Shown one piece after another: positions 63,050-64,000 of a stretch of DNA of 64,000 nt. The notes under the pieces are model-generated. The model had not been told where the DNA came from, searched no databases, and saw only the letters and a list, made by a program, of their open reading frames with translations. The DNA comes from Gemmatimonadales bacterium (GTDB lineage Bacteria; Gemmatimonadota; Gemmatimonadetes; Gemmatimonadales; GWC2-71-9), in contig JBFJHJ010000012.1 of the NCBI GenBank assembly GCA_041613315.1, positions 9,731 through 73,730 on the forward strand. Direction: 5' to 3'. The position numbers were made by a program, and so were the translations under genes. The stretch's first letter is position 1. The number at the start of each line of letters is the position of its first letter.

Positions 63050-63898
63050 GTGTTTTGGGAGCGGACGCGCGCGGCCGGCCGGTCGCTGCTGAGTATCGGT
63101 GCCTACTACGGTGCCGTGGCGGCCGTCGCGCTCGGGATCGGGGCGCTGCTGCCGATCGGTCCCGTCCAATCGCCGGCCATGCTGGCGCTGACCAGCCTGC
63201 CCGTGGTGGTCGCGGCTCTGGCGATCAACGCCGTGATGGCGACCCGCCGCTGGGCCTCGTGGCCCCTCATGGGGTGGCCCGAGCGCCGCGCCGGGCTCCG
63301 CGGACTCGGCGCCGGGATGCTGCTCGGCGTCGGCATGGCCCTGACGGCGCTGGCGCTGGCGCTGGCGGCCGGAGGGGCGCGCGTCGTGCGCACGGGCGAG
63401 CCGGTCTCGGCGTACCTTGCGGTCGCCGCCGGGCTCGTGGCCATGCTCGCGATCGCCGCCCTGGCCGAGGAGCTGCTGTTTCGCGGCTACCCGTTGGCGC
63501 GCCTGGCGCAGGGGGTGGGGAGAGTGGGCGCCAGTCTCGTGCTGGCGCTGGCATTTGCGCTGTTGCACCTGGGGAATCCCGAGATCTCGCCCATGGGCCT
63601 GGCGAACATCGGTTTGGCAGGGCTCGTGATGAGCGCGGCATTCTTCACGCCCGGCGCGCTCCCGGCGGCGTGGGGCGTCCACCTCGGCTGGAACGCCGGC
63701 CTCGCCGTGAGCGCCGATGCGCCCGTGAGCGGGATCGCGCTCGGCGTCCCGATGCTCGACTTCGCGCCGGGCCAGCCGGTGTGGATCTCGGGCGGCGCCT
63801 TCGGGCCGGAGGGGGGCCTCGCCGCCACCGTGGCCATGAGCGCGGCGCTCATGTGGCTGGTCCACGTCGCGAACCGGGGGGAGGGCGCGGCACCGTGA
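63050..63898 (+). CDS. CPBP (CAAX/Abi) intramembrane metalloprotease
   Basis: EELLFRGY, FALLH..N, H..WN, GGAFGPEG. Confidence 0.9.
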   Translation: MFWERTRAAGRSLLSIGAYYGAVAAVALGIGALLPIGPVQSPAMLALTSLPVVVAALAINAVMATRRWASWPLMGWPERRAGLRGLGAGMLLGVGMALTALALALAAGGARVVRTGEPVSAYLAVAAGLVAMLAIAALAEELLFRGYPLARLAQGVGRVGASLVLALAFALLHLGNPEISPMGLANIGLAGLVMSAAFFTPGALPAAWGVHLGWNAGLAVSADAPVSGIALGVPMLDFAPGQPVWISGGAFGPEGGLAATVAMSAALMWLVHVANRGEGAAP

Positions 63899-64000
63899 CG
63901 CAGATGGCGGTGGTGGGCGCGGGGACGATGGGCAACGGGATCGCCCATGTCTTCGCGCAGCACGCGTGGCACGTGACGATGATCGACGTCGCCCGAGACC
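63895..64000 (+). CDS. 3-hydroxybutyryl/3-hydroxyacyl-CoA dehydrogenase (3' truncated by window edge)
   Basis: GTG start overlapping the upstream stop; MAVVGAGTMGNGIAHVFAQ..V.MIDV Rossmann motif; follows thiolase. Confidence 0.85.
   Translation, partial: MTQMAVVGAGTMGNGIAHVFAQHAWHVTMIDVARD

Overview
This is a GC-rich bacterial chromosomal window. Gene content suggests Gemmatimonadota (SusC/SusD pairs, barrel-less TonB-plug proteins, Ser/Thr kinase-TPR and BTAD regulators); that assignment is inference, not measured. Left (1-12 kb): a PLP aminotransferase, an orphan protein with a TonB-type anchor, a ChaC + degenerate acyl-CoA-synthetase-like + tetraether lipid synthase (Tes/GDGT-MAS)-type radical SAM run, gltX, a B12-binding radical SAM enzyme, glnS and two tRNA-Ser genes. 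Middle (12-41.7 kb): an envelope/uptake region with three complete SusC/SusD pairs and no recognisable carbohydrate-active enzymes. It instead carries RCC1 and FG-GAP/ASPIC propeller lipoproteins, an exported M20 peptidase, a cytochrome c/copper-monooxygenase/TPR fusion, DUF3179 and two barrel-less plug proteins. Right (41.7-64 kb): a coupled kinase + BTAD-ATPase pair and a CarH/LitR B12 photoreceptor with a visible 11-bp-repeat operator over the DUF378-fasciclin promoter. These are followed by housekeeping genes (DUF2723, purH, purN, selA, valS, thrS preceded by an unannotated 52-aa membrane protein, thiolase, bioY, CPBP protease, hbd). No CRISPR array, rRNA, integrase or transposase was seen. 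The best novelty candidates are the Tes lipid locus, the CAZyme-free triple SusCD system, the carotenoid-gene-free CarH regulon and the self-reducing PHM-like monooxygenase.
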